Source: Bigelowiella natans CCMP2755 | Lineage: Eukaryota > Protista > Cercozoa | DNA length: 64,000 nucleotides | Direction: 5' to 3' | Assembly: GCA_000320545.1 (NCBI GenBank) | Contig: ADNK01000260.1 | Location: forward strand, 108,281 to 172,280 | In this document: positions 52,121 to 64,000 of the stretch, one piece after another | How the letters are laid out: every line of letters begins with the position of its first letter | Numbering within the stretch: the stretch's first letter is position 1 | Position numbers and translations under genes: made by a program | Notes under the pieces: generated by a model | What the model was told of the DNA's origin: nothing | Database searches by the model: none | The model's input: the letters and a program-made list of their open reading frames with translations, nothing else

Positions 52121-52841
52121 GGCCGTTTCCATTGCAAATATAAACATTTTACTTTGTTCTTGCTGGTGTTTTTAGCTATGGCCCCCGCTGTATTGATCTG
52201 GATATTTTATTGTACGGAGAAGATGCTGGATGCTCCACAATAGTAGACATCAAAGACCCCCCCCTCTTGATCCCGCACTCCCATATGCATCTTCGCCCTT
52301 TTGTGCTACAGGCAATGCAATTAACCTATAACGCGTACAAAAAACCATAAAGGCTGGTGAGTTCTCAAACCACCTTCATTCTCTTCGTCTTTGCCTTATT
52401 CTTTTACGGAATCGACGACTACAGCAGCGGTGTATACGATCTTGTTGATCTTCATATTGATAACACGTCAATGTGGCCGATATATACCCTCAGCCTTTAC
52501 TCGATATTTCTCCGGATTTGGATCACCCCTCCCTGAGCCTGCCTCTTAAGGAGCACTATCGGTTAGATCCTATGGTTGCTGTGTGTACCATGCTCTGCCG
52601 ATTTCTCCTCAAAGAAGCATTATTTGCACTCTCGTTATCGTCGGGGATGTTCTCCCTCTCCTCCCCCATCATTCTCATTATTATCATGGTCGCCGTCAGA
52701 GATGTGTTGGGGATCGACCAGAGCCTCACGCGTGTTCTTCCGACGAAGCGAAAGCTGATGCCCCTCGGATCGAGGTGTACTTCTGAGTAGTAGCCATCAC
52801 CATCGTGTGTGCAATGACTATATATAAATATACGCACAAGC

Positions 52842-52889
<48 letters not shown>

Positions 52890-53246
52890 CTAATACAAAT
52901 TATATAATACGAAGAACTTGGGTGATGGGAATCATCAACTGCACGCCTGACAGTTTCAGTGATGGAGGACAGGTACTGTTATGATCGCGCTGATCTTGCT
53001 CCGAAACCTTACAAGTCGCTCACAATCACACGATGATACGCTCTCCTCGCGCCTGCAATACGAATGGTGGTGTGCCATATCCTTAGTTTATTGAGCAGAA
53101 AGCTGCTGTTGATCACGCGCTACGGCTGGTGTACCAAGGAGCAGGTATGAAGGGAATCAGCGACTCTCACTGAAACATCATTCTGAGAATAGATCGATCG
53201 ATCATGGAAAAAAGAACTGACGACGACCGTGTTCTTCTTCGGCTTT

Positions 53247-53301
<55 letters not shown>

Positions 53302-53761
53302 CACGTATACGTGTGTATATACTCCTCCTTTCCGGTCGGTAAAGACATTTTAGATGTCGGAGGGCAAAGTACCCGGCCAGGCGCTAAGATGATCACAGGT
53401 GGTGCAAGTAGTAGCAGCAGCAGCTTTCATATAGTTGTAGCAGCAGCAGCTTACTGTTTCATGCCGACAAACAAGACAAGCAGCGTTCTGCTGATGGTCA
53501 ATCACACACTCAATCAATGAAGCTGGAGGGGGCTAGTGACGATATATTATGGAGAAATTATCTTCGTCATCACCAGCATCATCATCATTATCATCATCAT
53601 CATCATTATAATCGCCGTTACCATCAGAGGAGGAAGAGTGTGAGCGAGTGATTCCCTTGATCCAAGCGCTGCGTCGTGACCCCGACTTTGACCAAATCCC
53701 GGTAGAGATATCTACATGGATGCTTACAGCTAGTAGTGAATAGACTGCTCGTCCTTACCCG

Positions 53762-53799
<38 letters not shown>

Positions 53800-54162
53800 A
53801 CACACGCCATTCATCTCTTCAATGGTAATCAATAACGATAATACGAATCTGCAGATCAGCATTGATACGTTTCGATCCTCGGTGGCTCGAGAGGCTGTAG
53901 GCGCGGGGGCGGACATCGTGAATGACGTCTCAGGAGGTAGTTACAGTGCGAAGAAGAAGAAGAAGATGCGGGGGGGACAAATCGATCGTATATCGTTAGT
54001 GTGCGTTGTTCTTGTACTTCTATCGTTCTCCTCCTCCTCGTCATTGTCATCACCATCATTATCATCATCGTCGTAGTCGTCACCATGCTATTCTTAATGA
54101 AGGAACTCTGGATGAAAAGATGCTCCGTACAGTTGCTGATCTCGGGGTAACGCCAAACCATC

Positions 54163-54206
<44 letters not shown>

Positions 54207-54627
54207 CATATGCTTGAGACGACACGCAAACACACACACACACATGCACGCGCACATGAACATGACGCAGAGGGACAACGAGGAGGAGCGAGAGAGAAAG
54301 ACAAACACCTCGTTTTATTAGGTACCGTACATACTGATGCACATGAGAGGAGACCCTGGAAGTATGCAGTCAAAGCAGGTTGTTCTTCATCATCCACCCA
54401 ATCGCAGTGTCTTCTTTCCGAAGTTGATCTCTTGAAACAGCGAGAATGCCTCCAGTGTCTTGTGTGCTGGGGGTCGCTATTGATGATGCTGCTGAGAAGA
54501 CAACGACATGAATCATCAAGCTGTTTTAACACGCTCGCCAATAAGAAAGATGTTGATATTTCGATGAATCGTTTGTTTTTTATTTTTTTTAATTCATTTC
54601 TGGGGTGTGAAGAGACAAAAGGAGTAT

Positions 54628-54659
<32 letters not shown>

Positions 54660-56830
54660 GCTAGGCGTGTAAATGCCGTTATTCTTTTAATGGTTTTGCA
54701 GCCCTCATATTTCTGCCTTTATGCATTTTCAGAATACAACATATGGCAACGTTGTCTCCGATGTGTGCAAAGCCTTAGAACGGCAGGTATAGATAGATGA
54801 GGCCCATCCATGCACAATCATCACAGAATTTCGTCTGTGGATTTGGTTGGGTGTTTCACTTCACCCATCACAGTAAAAGTAGTAGCAGTAGCGCTATTTC
54901 GCTATTTCGCAACACGTCATCTCCAAAGACGCAAACAAGAGGCTGGGCTGCTAATGCTGTCGCATGATGGGCATTGATTGACAACTCGCCATCCAGGTAG
55001 AGGTCGCAGAGGCGAGCGGGATTTGTCGGTGGAACATCGTAGTCGATCCGGGAATCGGCTTCGCAAAGACGCCGCGCCAGAGCTTAGAGCTGCTGAAAGA
55101 TCTCGACCAAACGGTTTGGCTTTGCCGTCATCTATCCTCGTCGTCGTCGTGCGAGAATAGAGGAGCTGAAAAATAGTATTTGATTCATTTGGAACAGGCA
55201 CCATTCGGACTCCCCATCCTATCCGGCCCCTCCCGAAAGAGCTTCATTGCTTACACCCTCAAGCAACGAGAGCATGAGACCAAGCACCAATCAAGATCAG
55301 CCATCAATAGCAGTGTATCATCAAGCTCGATCACTCCATCCTCGGAGAGCGACAGCACCACCACCAGCAGCAATAACAACAACGACAACAACTACATGGT
55401 AGATGAGCTACATGAGCTTGCCCATCCACGAATATGGGGCACAGCAGCGGCAGTGACGGCAAGTGTGGCGAAGGGGGCCGACTTCATCCGAGTGCACGAT
55501 GTCAGGGCCATGCGAGAAGTCGCTGTGGTTTCCGACGCAATCTATCGATCAAAAGTAGCCTCAGAGTGACGCAGTGCTTGAGAATGAATGGCCCAGTGGC
55601 AGGCTCTAGAGACTACCAGAGGTTGTGGTGCATTGCGTGCATTTGTAACATTACGTTCTAGCGTTGTCTGAATGATGATGCTGGTGACGTTGAATAAATA
55701 AAGTCGCACTCAATGTAAGGCTCTAGAGGCTTGCGATTACATGCTAGCATGCATGCGCGCGGCGGGCTCGCGCATTAGGCTAATGCCCTCATTTACAATG
55801 CCACTGCCATTGGCCTGCCGTTGAGCACGACAGGAGTCGCATTGTCGCATCAAACGTCCGACAACATGCAAACAAACCCAAAAAATGCAAGTTTGCGCTT
55901 GTGTGTAAATAATGGTAGTACGTAGTACGAGTGCGCCTTGCGCTGTAGTCTACATTTTTGCTCAACGTACAATTTGAGGAACCAATAATGCTTGCCTATC
56001 CCGATCGATGGATACATGGGTGCCTGGGCTGGCTAGCTGGCACTATGGCTAATTAGCGCGCGCTACCAAAAATACGATAATGAACAACACGTGCACGGGC
56101 AGGCTGTGTTTATTTCGATGCAGCACTTGGGCGCATATACAAGACATACTGCTCCTACATACACATGATTTATTACCGACTCCGTGTAATTTACCATTTT
56201 TCAATACACTAAAGCAACATCGTCATCGCTCACTCTCGTCGTCAGAGCTGTTGGTAGAGATACTATCTAGGAGGTGGTGGCCTAGCTTTCCGGTGCGGAA
56301 CATTCGTATAAACTATTGCGTGTACAAAGCAAAGTGAGGAGAAATATGGACAAACATAAAATGACCACGATTCCAAGACGGCGGGGCCGTATTTTGAAGA
56401 ATTTGAGAGCACAAGAACACAAGTCGTATATCATGAATCTCTTGCGTTGAAGTGTTTCATGCTGTTCTCAAAACCAATAGTGCAGGGCAAATATCACCAG
56501 AGCTATCGCGGATTTGCTCTGTAGCAAAACGTTCTCCCCCCCCCCCCCTCCCCCAAAGCCCCACCCCTATAAAAACCATATTCTTCTCCGTTTTAAAGTA
56601 GACTTTTAATAGGATGTCGCACCTTGATTGCTGCGGTCTCCAAGTCCACATCTCGTATCGTTTCAGAAGTCACTCCTTGCAACCCGTCGCGTCCTGGAGG
56701 AAGGATAATATTGTGTGGTTGGCGGTGTGGAAGAGAGATGAGGAGGGCAAGGACGGTGACGGACGAGCTCAACGAAACAGCACATTACAAGCAGCTGGTA
56801 GGCTGATGAAGGCCAATGAATGCACGCATG

Positions 56831-56871
<41 letters not shown>

Positions 56872-57737
56872 GTGTTAGAGCAGGCAGCCGAGAGCCATAT
56901 TTACATCCTACTATTAGCACGGTAAGCTTTGATCGCTCTTACTCGCTATGTGCGCGAGGAGCTCCTCTACATTCCCCGGCAATGGCGGAGCATGCCTGTC
57001 GCCCCCCCCCTTTCCTGCTGGTTCTCTTTTGCCTCTTCTGCTTCTCCGTGCAGCCCCAAAGCTGCGACCAATTGAGCGTACATCGCCTCGTTCTCTCCGT
57101 GATCTCTTCTCTCATAAGCCTCTGAGCTTCTTAGATGATGCAGCAAATAGCGTGCCATATGTACATTGCCAACAAGGTGATCCTTGATGCAGCCTAGAGG
57201 GAAGGGGAAGGGGGGGGAGGGTGGGGGGGGGGGTAGAGAGGCGGGTTGAAGTGCCACGACCGATGGTAATTTTAAGCTCGGAATACTATATTATATTATA
57301 TTTATTTATTTATTTATATATATATATATATTCTATATATTGTGTATATCTCAAAGCTCTTACCAACAAGCGCCAGCCGCATGCCCTGAACTCTCTCCTG
57401 AACGCCATGAATATGATGAGAGGATGTGGGGGGGGGGGGGGGAGGAGGAACGAGATGTTGATAGCCATGCAGAGCTTTGCGCACCCGGTATGTGATTAGG
57501 AATGATATACATTTCAAGTGATGGAGAACCTTTGATGATGAGAAGTTCTTAGCCATGATCCCAGGACTATCGACCTGCAGCAGCACGAGTAATGAGCGAC
57601 AACAACACAAGAGTCACCACAGCATAATAAGACCATTTAAGATCTCATCAAAACACACACACACACACACATATGTGCATTTACAAAAGTATATTTCCTA
57701 TAAAATAGAGAGAGAGGGGAGAGAGAGAGAGAGAGGG

Positions 57738-57779
<42 letters not shown>

Positions 57780-57856
57780 TGCAGCGTAGTTTCATCGTAA
57801 ACCTCATGCTTAATGCTGCTTTCGTAGACTCTATCATCATCATCACCATCATCACC

Positions 57857-57890
<34 letters not shown>

Positions 57891-58517
57891 TCATCGCGGG
57901 AGAGGAATACGAGAGTACTTACCACAAACAAAGGAGGTGACCCTGAGACTATGAAGCCTTGGTTATGGCGTGTCACTCCTGGGTTCGCCCCCACCACAGG
58001 GCCCTTCTGCATCCATCAATGAGAACAAAACAAGAGGGGGAGGGGGAAGCGGAAGAAGAGGAAGCAGAAAGTAAAGAAGGGCAGTAAGGCGAGGAAGGGT
58101 CAATCAACGACTACTACTTACTACTGCTCTGTTATGGACGATACCTTCTTGAACATCTTCTTCCTCTTAGAGTCGCTTGTCGTTGTTGTTGCTGCTGCTG
58201 CTGCTGCTGCGACGCTTTTCCCTGCCAGCGCCGCCCTCCGCAGGGCGGTGATGATAGAAGATTTGCCTACGTTCGGAAACCCGACAACAAATGTTGCTTG
58301 CAGGCAAGAGGAGGAGGAGGAGAACAAGGGGGGGGGGGGGGGGGAGGGGGGAGACTTCAATGAGGAACTCAAAAATAACTTGATCATTTTGTGGAAATGG
58401 GATAACGATGTCAAAATGATAGGATAGGTAGCCGTCGCATCCTCATCATCATCATCATCATCATCATCAAAAAAGACCAGTACAATGCATGCACATACTG
58501 GTGTGAGCTTTCATTAA

Positions 58518-58550
<33 letters not shown>

Positions 58551-59595
58551 GTAGTCAAAACAGCTACTCCTCTTCTTACTGGTTGGCACTGTCTTGAACC
58601 GCGCTGGGGCTAGTTTCCGCATCATCGGTATAACCTTATATGATGACATCAAAAGAAGGAACAAATCGCGTAACCGCAGGTCGTCGTGGCTTGCAAATGG
58701 AAGATGGTCAGGAGGAGAAGGAGGTGATGATGATTACGAGAGGAGAGGTGTAGCAGATAACGAAGAAGAGTAGGAATGCATCTCTCGATAAGGATAATGT
58801 AAAAAGGATGAAGTACATGGCAACCAGAACACCATCGATTGGTTTTGCCTCGATTACATCTCACGGTATGCGTAATAACCCAAAGCTTAATGCTTATTCC
58901 TACCAATACCTTCGTGAGCGTTTTCGGCTCTGTCGCATTTGTCATCGCCACATGCATGCCCTTCTGTTTGAAGGATCTTTCAACTAGCTGGAATTGGAGG
59001 AGGAGAAGGAGGAGGACAAGGAGGGGGGGGGAGAGATTACTAGATATATCACATATAGACGACCTAAAATACGCATAAATAAATAAATATATATATATAT
59101 ATATATATATAAACTTATGTATAAATTGCGATATGATAAGATATGATATATGATATTGAAAGCTTTTATCTTACTTGACCTTTCGCTGGGATGGTGATAT
59201 GAGATCGGCTTTATTAAAGATGATGAGCCTCCTCTTATCCTTGACAATCTTCTCTATATCCGCGTTTGACGAGGATGTTGGAAGCTGTCAAACAAACACA
59301 ACAACTCTGTGTGATGTATATCATTGACACTGCTGCCGTGTTGTGACGCATAACACCCCGTAGAATCGAGAGAGCTGCAAAAAGTGATGGGTTTCGATTT
59401 CCTCAAAAGTCGGTGACCTCTTCTCCAACCCCCTCACTTATAGTTTCCTTAGCAAATAATACTACCCGTGCGTCTCGGACTTCGATAATGAGCTGGGCAT
59501 TCCTTAGATTCTTTTTCAAAGGGAAAATAGGATTAACTATAATTACAATCGTGCTTTCGTAACTTTCCGCGTATGCACATGCATGCACTTGTGTA

Positions 59596-59648
<53 letters not shown>

Positions 59649-59650
59649 AG
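41450..59650. repeat. Dense intronic microsatellites and G-runs across the PZP, HPPK-DHPS and MTG1 genes
   Basis: For example (TA)n at about 42259-42294, 51646-51702 and 53250-53300; (TG)n at about 45014-45080; (GA)n at about 59602-59644. Confidence 0.9.
50846..55569 (+). CDS. folKP: Bifunctional HPPK-DHPS (folate synthesis), multi-exon
   Basis: HPPK: AYLGIGTNVGDR, DQPMFLNGAV, GPRCIDLDILLY, IPH..MHLRPFVLQ|PLLDI. DHPS: VMGIINCTPDSFSDGG, DVGGQSTRPG, ISIDT, IVNDVSG, ILMHMRG, VDPGIGFAK, GPSRKSFI, IRVHDV. The start is uncertain (possible Arg-rich leader MFRRARLLPRRR at 50846; core from 51182). Confidence 0.93.
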
Positions 59651-60045
59651 AGTACGGTACCTCCTTCATCAGCCTTAGTGCCTTGGCCATATGGCCTGGG
59701 AACCAATTAATATGGCATTCGTCTCCTATCGAGTCCACTGAAAATCATCGATTATTTCAGCAGGAAAACGATGATTACGGTACAATACATACGTGATCGA
59801 AGTGATTTGGAACGATTCACGAAATAGTACTATTTGGATATATTTGCTCCCGATTTCTTTGTTGAATTCTTACACAAGGCCCGCGCCTTCTCCTCCTCTT
59901 CATCCTCCAAATGCCCTGTCATTGTCCTCCCATCGCTCAGATATCGTTGGGGCCGAGTAGCAGTGAATGGGAGAGCTACCAGTGGCCTCAGTAGCCTCCT
60001 CGAAACGTCGATGTGACACATAAAAAAACAAGCATACTTTGACAT
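56223..60045 (-). CDS. MTG1: MTG1/RbgA (YlqF) circularly permuted ribosome-biogenesis GTPase, probably organellar
   Basis: INWFPGHMAKA, IIEVRDAR, IIFNK (G4 before G1), VVGFPNVGKSS (G1), PGVT (G2), VDSPGI (G3), C-terminal FRTGKLG. The start is approximate. Confidence 0.9.
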
Positions 60046-60383
60046 GCGTACAAATATATTAAGAACTCATGCTCGGAGGAAAGGCTCACCTCTTCCGGGA
60101 CACGCTGGGCGTTCCAGCAGCCATTCTCCAGAAGGCTCGCCTCGCCATTGTTTTGCAGTGTGGTCGGGTTGGGAGAGAGAGGAGGATGTCAAAGCCATCA
60201 TCATCAGCGCCAGACAAGTAAAAACATGCCGTTTTTAAGGTGCGACAAGGTGGAAGAGACCATTTTATTTAATCTTATTTTCTTATTTTTGGTCATTTTT
60301 GCTACAGTAGTGTGCCCCGGTCCAAAGAGAGGCTGAATTATGCATGTGCAGTTTCCTTCCGTTACCGTCGGATAAACCGGATC

Positions 60384-61750
60384 ATGGGCTGCAGCGCAAG
60401 CTTGGTGAGCTATATGTGTCCCCCCCCCCCTTCTCCAGTGACCGTTAACGAAATATAACGTGTCATCCCATGTAATAGATGTCCTAGTAACGCATATCTC
60501 ACTTGCAGAGCGAACAGCGAGGCTCTGAAGCCAAAAGCCATGACGGGCTCACGCCTTTGCAGCACGCTTCTAAACACGGGGAGTTAGAGAGAGTTCAAAG
60601 CTTGGTCGAGTCAAAAGCCGACTTAAAAGACACAAAAGTTGACCCCCCACCTTTGTTCCTTGCAGCTGGTGGGAACCATTGTTCTGTGGTCGAGTATCTG
60701 GTTCGTACGGGGAAGCTGAACGTCAACACCCAGTCAAATCATCTCGGTGGCACAGCTCTTGGCAACGCCTGCAGAACGGCTGCTTCGAGTATATATCTTG
60801 ATGATCATTTGAAGTTGGTGAAATTCCTTCTCGAACAGAGAGCAGACACCTCAATCAAGGACCTCACAGGGAAAACCCCGCTCTGTTACGTGGCAGAAAA
60901 CGGGATACTGGATTCCGTCAAACTCCTGTTTCAGGCCAAAGCCGACGTGAATTTTCCGAGTGAAAATCCACCTATCATTCTCGCAGCACGCAATAGGCGT
61001 CTCAAAGCGGTAGAATATTTGGCGAAAGAAGCTAATGCAGACCTGGAGATCTGCGACAGCAGAGGGCAATACGCTCTTCATGCGGCCTGTGAATTCGGGG
61101 CTTCAAGAGACTCAGGTTGGATGGCAAGAAAGGACGTGCCACTTAAGATTATCGAGTTCCTGCTCGACTCGGGGGCGAATGTAAACTCAAGCAATCGCAG
61201 GGGAGAAACTGCACTTTTCCTTTGCTGCTCAGGCTACCAGACAGAAAAACTGGAAATGATAAACCTTCTGCTCGAGAACCAGGCAGATGTGAGCATCTCC
61301 AGCAAACGTGGCGACACACCCCTGATAACAGCAACAAAAGGAATAAATGAGAAAGTTGTGGCGCGTCTTGTTCAAGTCCCTGGCATAGATCTCACAGCCG
61401 AAAACAACGATCGTGTCAGCGCATTCGAGTGCGCGATCACAGACGTTAACCATAAAACTTTCAATCGCTACACACCGGAAGAAAAGGAAACTCCAATTCT
61501 ACGGACTCTCAAGGTATAGTTTTCCCATTCTCTAACATACTTCTAGCTCCTATGTGTACTTCGATGAATAATGCCGCCATGCTATTGTTTCGTGTGACAG
61601 ATGGCATTAAAAAGCCGTGAAAGTAAGAGCAACAAAGGCAATGGCAGCGAGAAGGGGCCGGTTGGAAATGAGGAAAAAGGCAGTGAGGGGTCAGGTAAAG
61701 CCATTAACATGGGGAATGAAACTAAGCAAAACATAGCAAATCCGAATTGA
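60384..61750 (+). CDS. Ankyrin-repeat protein with N-terminal MGCxxS acylation motif; exons 60384-60404, 60509-61513, 61601-61750
   Basis: About 8 ankyrin repeats (GLTPLQHAS, GKTPLCYVA, GETALFLCC, GDTPLITAT). The 21-nt first exon MGCSASL splices in frame via GT-AG. Confidence 0.9.
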
Positions 61751-62307
61751 TATGCGACTGGAAGGAGCCCTTTAAAAACATGTAGACATGTCTAGATGTG
61801 CATCCTGCGTGCTGTAAGACGGATGTAATTCATCAATTGAATTTGTTCAATGGTCATCCTTAGGTAGCAAGCTATGCAATGCATGCTGTGCATGTACGTG
61901 TCACGTAATTCATCATCATCTGCGCGCACTCGATGCTGCAGCAGTTGCACCGCTCTGCATCGCATGTTAGCATGCACGTACGTAATCTAGGTAATGGCCA
62001 TCATTGTTAGCTAGCAGTACAAGCTAGACAAGCGACATCAACAAAACCACGATCTCCTTGCCGCCATCCCAGCAATCAGAATAATCAGAGCCGGGCGCAT
62101 ACATCAAACACATTTATCAACATAAAGACATAGTTGCGGAGCCGGCTAACTGCATGACGCAATTGAATGGAGTGCAAGCTTGTCCGTGTAGCAATGCTCT
62201 GCTGTCCAGCTGCAGACGGAGTCCGTTTCTCGTAACAATTTTTCATCGCACAATGGCGCACAGGCACTTGTTGGCATTGCGCACATTTAATAAGCGACTC
62301 ACCATCG

Positions 62308-63945
62308 TCAGTTCATAAATAGCTCATTATCGGTCTTGCAGCTGATCAAAGGCGGTAATGGACGAGTCCGAGCGTCGCAGAAACATTTAATTACAACTGA
62401 ATAATGCACGGCATCACCATTGTGCTGATATTTACATATAAAACTTGACGACATGTGATACAAGCGGCGCAGCATCAAATCAGCTGAGCAAGTGCTCAGA
62501 TACGGGAGCTTTCTCGATGATGATCCGGTTGCGACATTGTCTATCGACTCAGTTGTTGTTGTTGTCATTGCAGCTGTTGTTTGTTTGTTTGTTTGTTGTT
62601 GCCGTCGCCATTGTCCTCGTTGACCCATACTACTACCCTCGAAGGAATAGAAGAAGCATCTTTAGTAGATAACTTACCATAGCCTCCCAGCTTCATTTCA
62701 CTATGTTTCTTTCCCAATGTTGGTGTTGTTGTTGTTGCTGCTGCTACTGCTGTTGCGTCCCACCCCCCCCTCCCAGCCCTTTCCGCTGCAACGAGTTTGC
62801 TGCCCTTGTCCGAAGAAGGTTCCGTCGAGGCGCGTATCATGGGGGGGGCAAATGGATTGCTTGGGTGATGGTGATGATGACCACCAGAATAACCCCCTTT
62901 CTCATCGTTTGATGAAGCAAGTCGGTGCCGTTGCTGGTGCTGTTGTATAGGCGCGCTATGAGTGATGGAGAGGGGGGGTGGGGGTTCATTCAGCTGCTGA
63001 TGCTGCTGGTTGCGACTCGCATCATTGCTATTCTTATGGTCGATTCGGCGATCTTTGCTGCTGCTTTTGCTCTCGTTGTCCAATCCCCCCCCCCCCCCCC
63101 CCCCATCCTTCCGAGACTGTCCAAGTCGCATTTGGCCGCCATCGTCAACGTTCTGGCCAGGACGGTGGTACTGCAGGTGCTGAAAGAACAGTTCTTTGTC
63201 CTTCCCCTCGCCAAGGGCTCCTAGCCTGCTGATGATACGCTTGAAGCTAGGCCGGGCCTGATGGGAGGAAGGGCAGCAGCCGTAAAAAAGGAGACCGAAC
63301 ATCCAAATAAAAACAAAGGCGTTTCCTGAAATGCTCTCTTCTTCACATCCAAGTCGGAATTGAATCCGCCGAAGATCGATCGAAGCATTTTTGTCGCGAG
63401 CGCCAACAGATATCATCATCACCACTCCACCATCATTATCATCATCATCATCATCAATCATCAATCATCACCCAACCATACGTGCTGCTCCCGGGTGCAG
63501 GAAGTACCTTGCAATCGATGCTGAGGCAAGCTGAGAGGAGGGCTTTGAGGCTGCCTGGCGTGTCTTTAGGAGCCGATTGCGAGAGATCCTGCACGATTAT
63601 CGCCGCATTGGTGTTACCACTGCTGCTACTACTGGCAATACCAGTATTCTTGGGAAGAGAATCATCCCCAGCAGCAGTAGCAGCATCAGCTACATCGTTA
63701 CTATTGTTTTCTCCTCCCTCAAACTGCCTCAGTAGTATCCCAGCTCTCAGCACCACCTGTGCATGATGCCAACATGTGAAACGGCTGTAGGAGACAAGAG
63801 GGAGGGTGGAGAGGGGGGGAGGGGGGGGCGAGCAAATGGAAGATACTACGTCCTCATGTAGGCTGCGCTTGAGTACTGCTACCACTTCTCATAAGGTATG
63901 TTAAAGTATGCTTGATTTCCCTCTTTGACTCCTCAGCTATTTCTC

Positions 63946-63993
<48 letters not shown>

Positions 63994-64000
63994 ACCTGGA
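62308..64000 (-). CDS. 3' part of a probable protein kinase (TKL-like subdomain XI plus low-complexity tail); 5' end outside window
   Basis: PKDTPGSLKALLSACLSIDCK|ARPSFKRIISRL resembles the P..l..Li..C...dp..RPsf..i...L motif. No catalytic-loop motif lies in the window and the stop position is uncertain. Confidence 0.55.

Noticed and set aside
62085-62340. Cys pairs (CAQCQQ) as a MYND finger on the kinase tail
   Set aside because: I could not splice a complete MYND pattern in frame.

Overview
Eukaryotic nuclear DNA. The host is most likely a chlorarachniophyte alga (Bigelowiella-like); this is inferred from a green-lineage PsbW carrying a signal peptide plus transit-peptide leader and from GT-AG introns. 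The window holds about 14 intron-rich genes: a 5'-truncated giant DUF3638-type/SF2-helicase-like protein with EF-hands and a Vps62-like C-terminus, an RlmN-like radical SAM enzyme, a Rossmann-fold epimerase, PsbW, a Sel1-repeat protein, a double-PZP chromo-barrel chromatin reader, HPPK-DHPS, an MTG1/RbgA GTPase, an acylated ankyrin protein, a probable kinase 3' end and several unknowns. It also holds one intact Ty1/copia LTR retrotransposon (23669-30769, minus strand). Two signals stand out. (1) Intergenic spacers and the LTR have lost nearly every TpA dinucleotide except those inside CTAG, while genes and introns keep abundant TA. This looks like a targeted TA->TG/CA hypermutation process, the reverse direction of fungal RIP. 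(2) The copia LTR carries a very dense heat-shock-element array (6 + 10 perfect alternating nGAAn pentamers), suggesting a heat-activated element convergent with plant ONSEN. Gene models were spliced by eye, so boundaries are approximate, and dinucleotide counts are manual.
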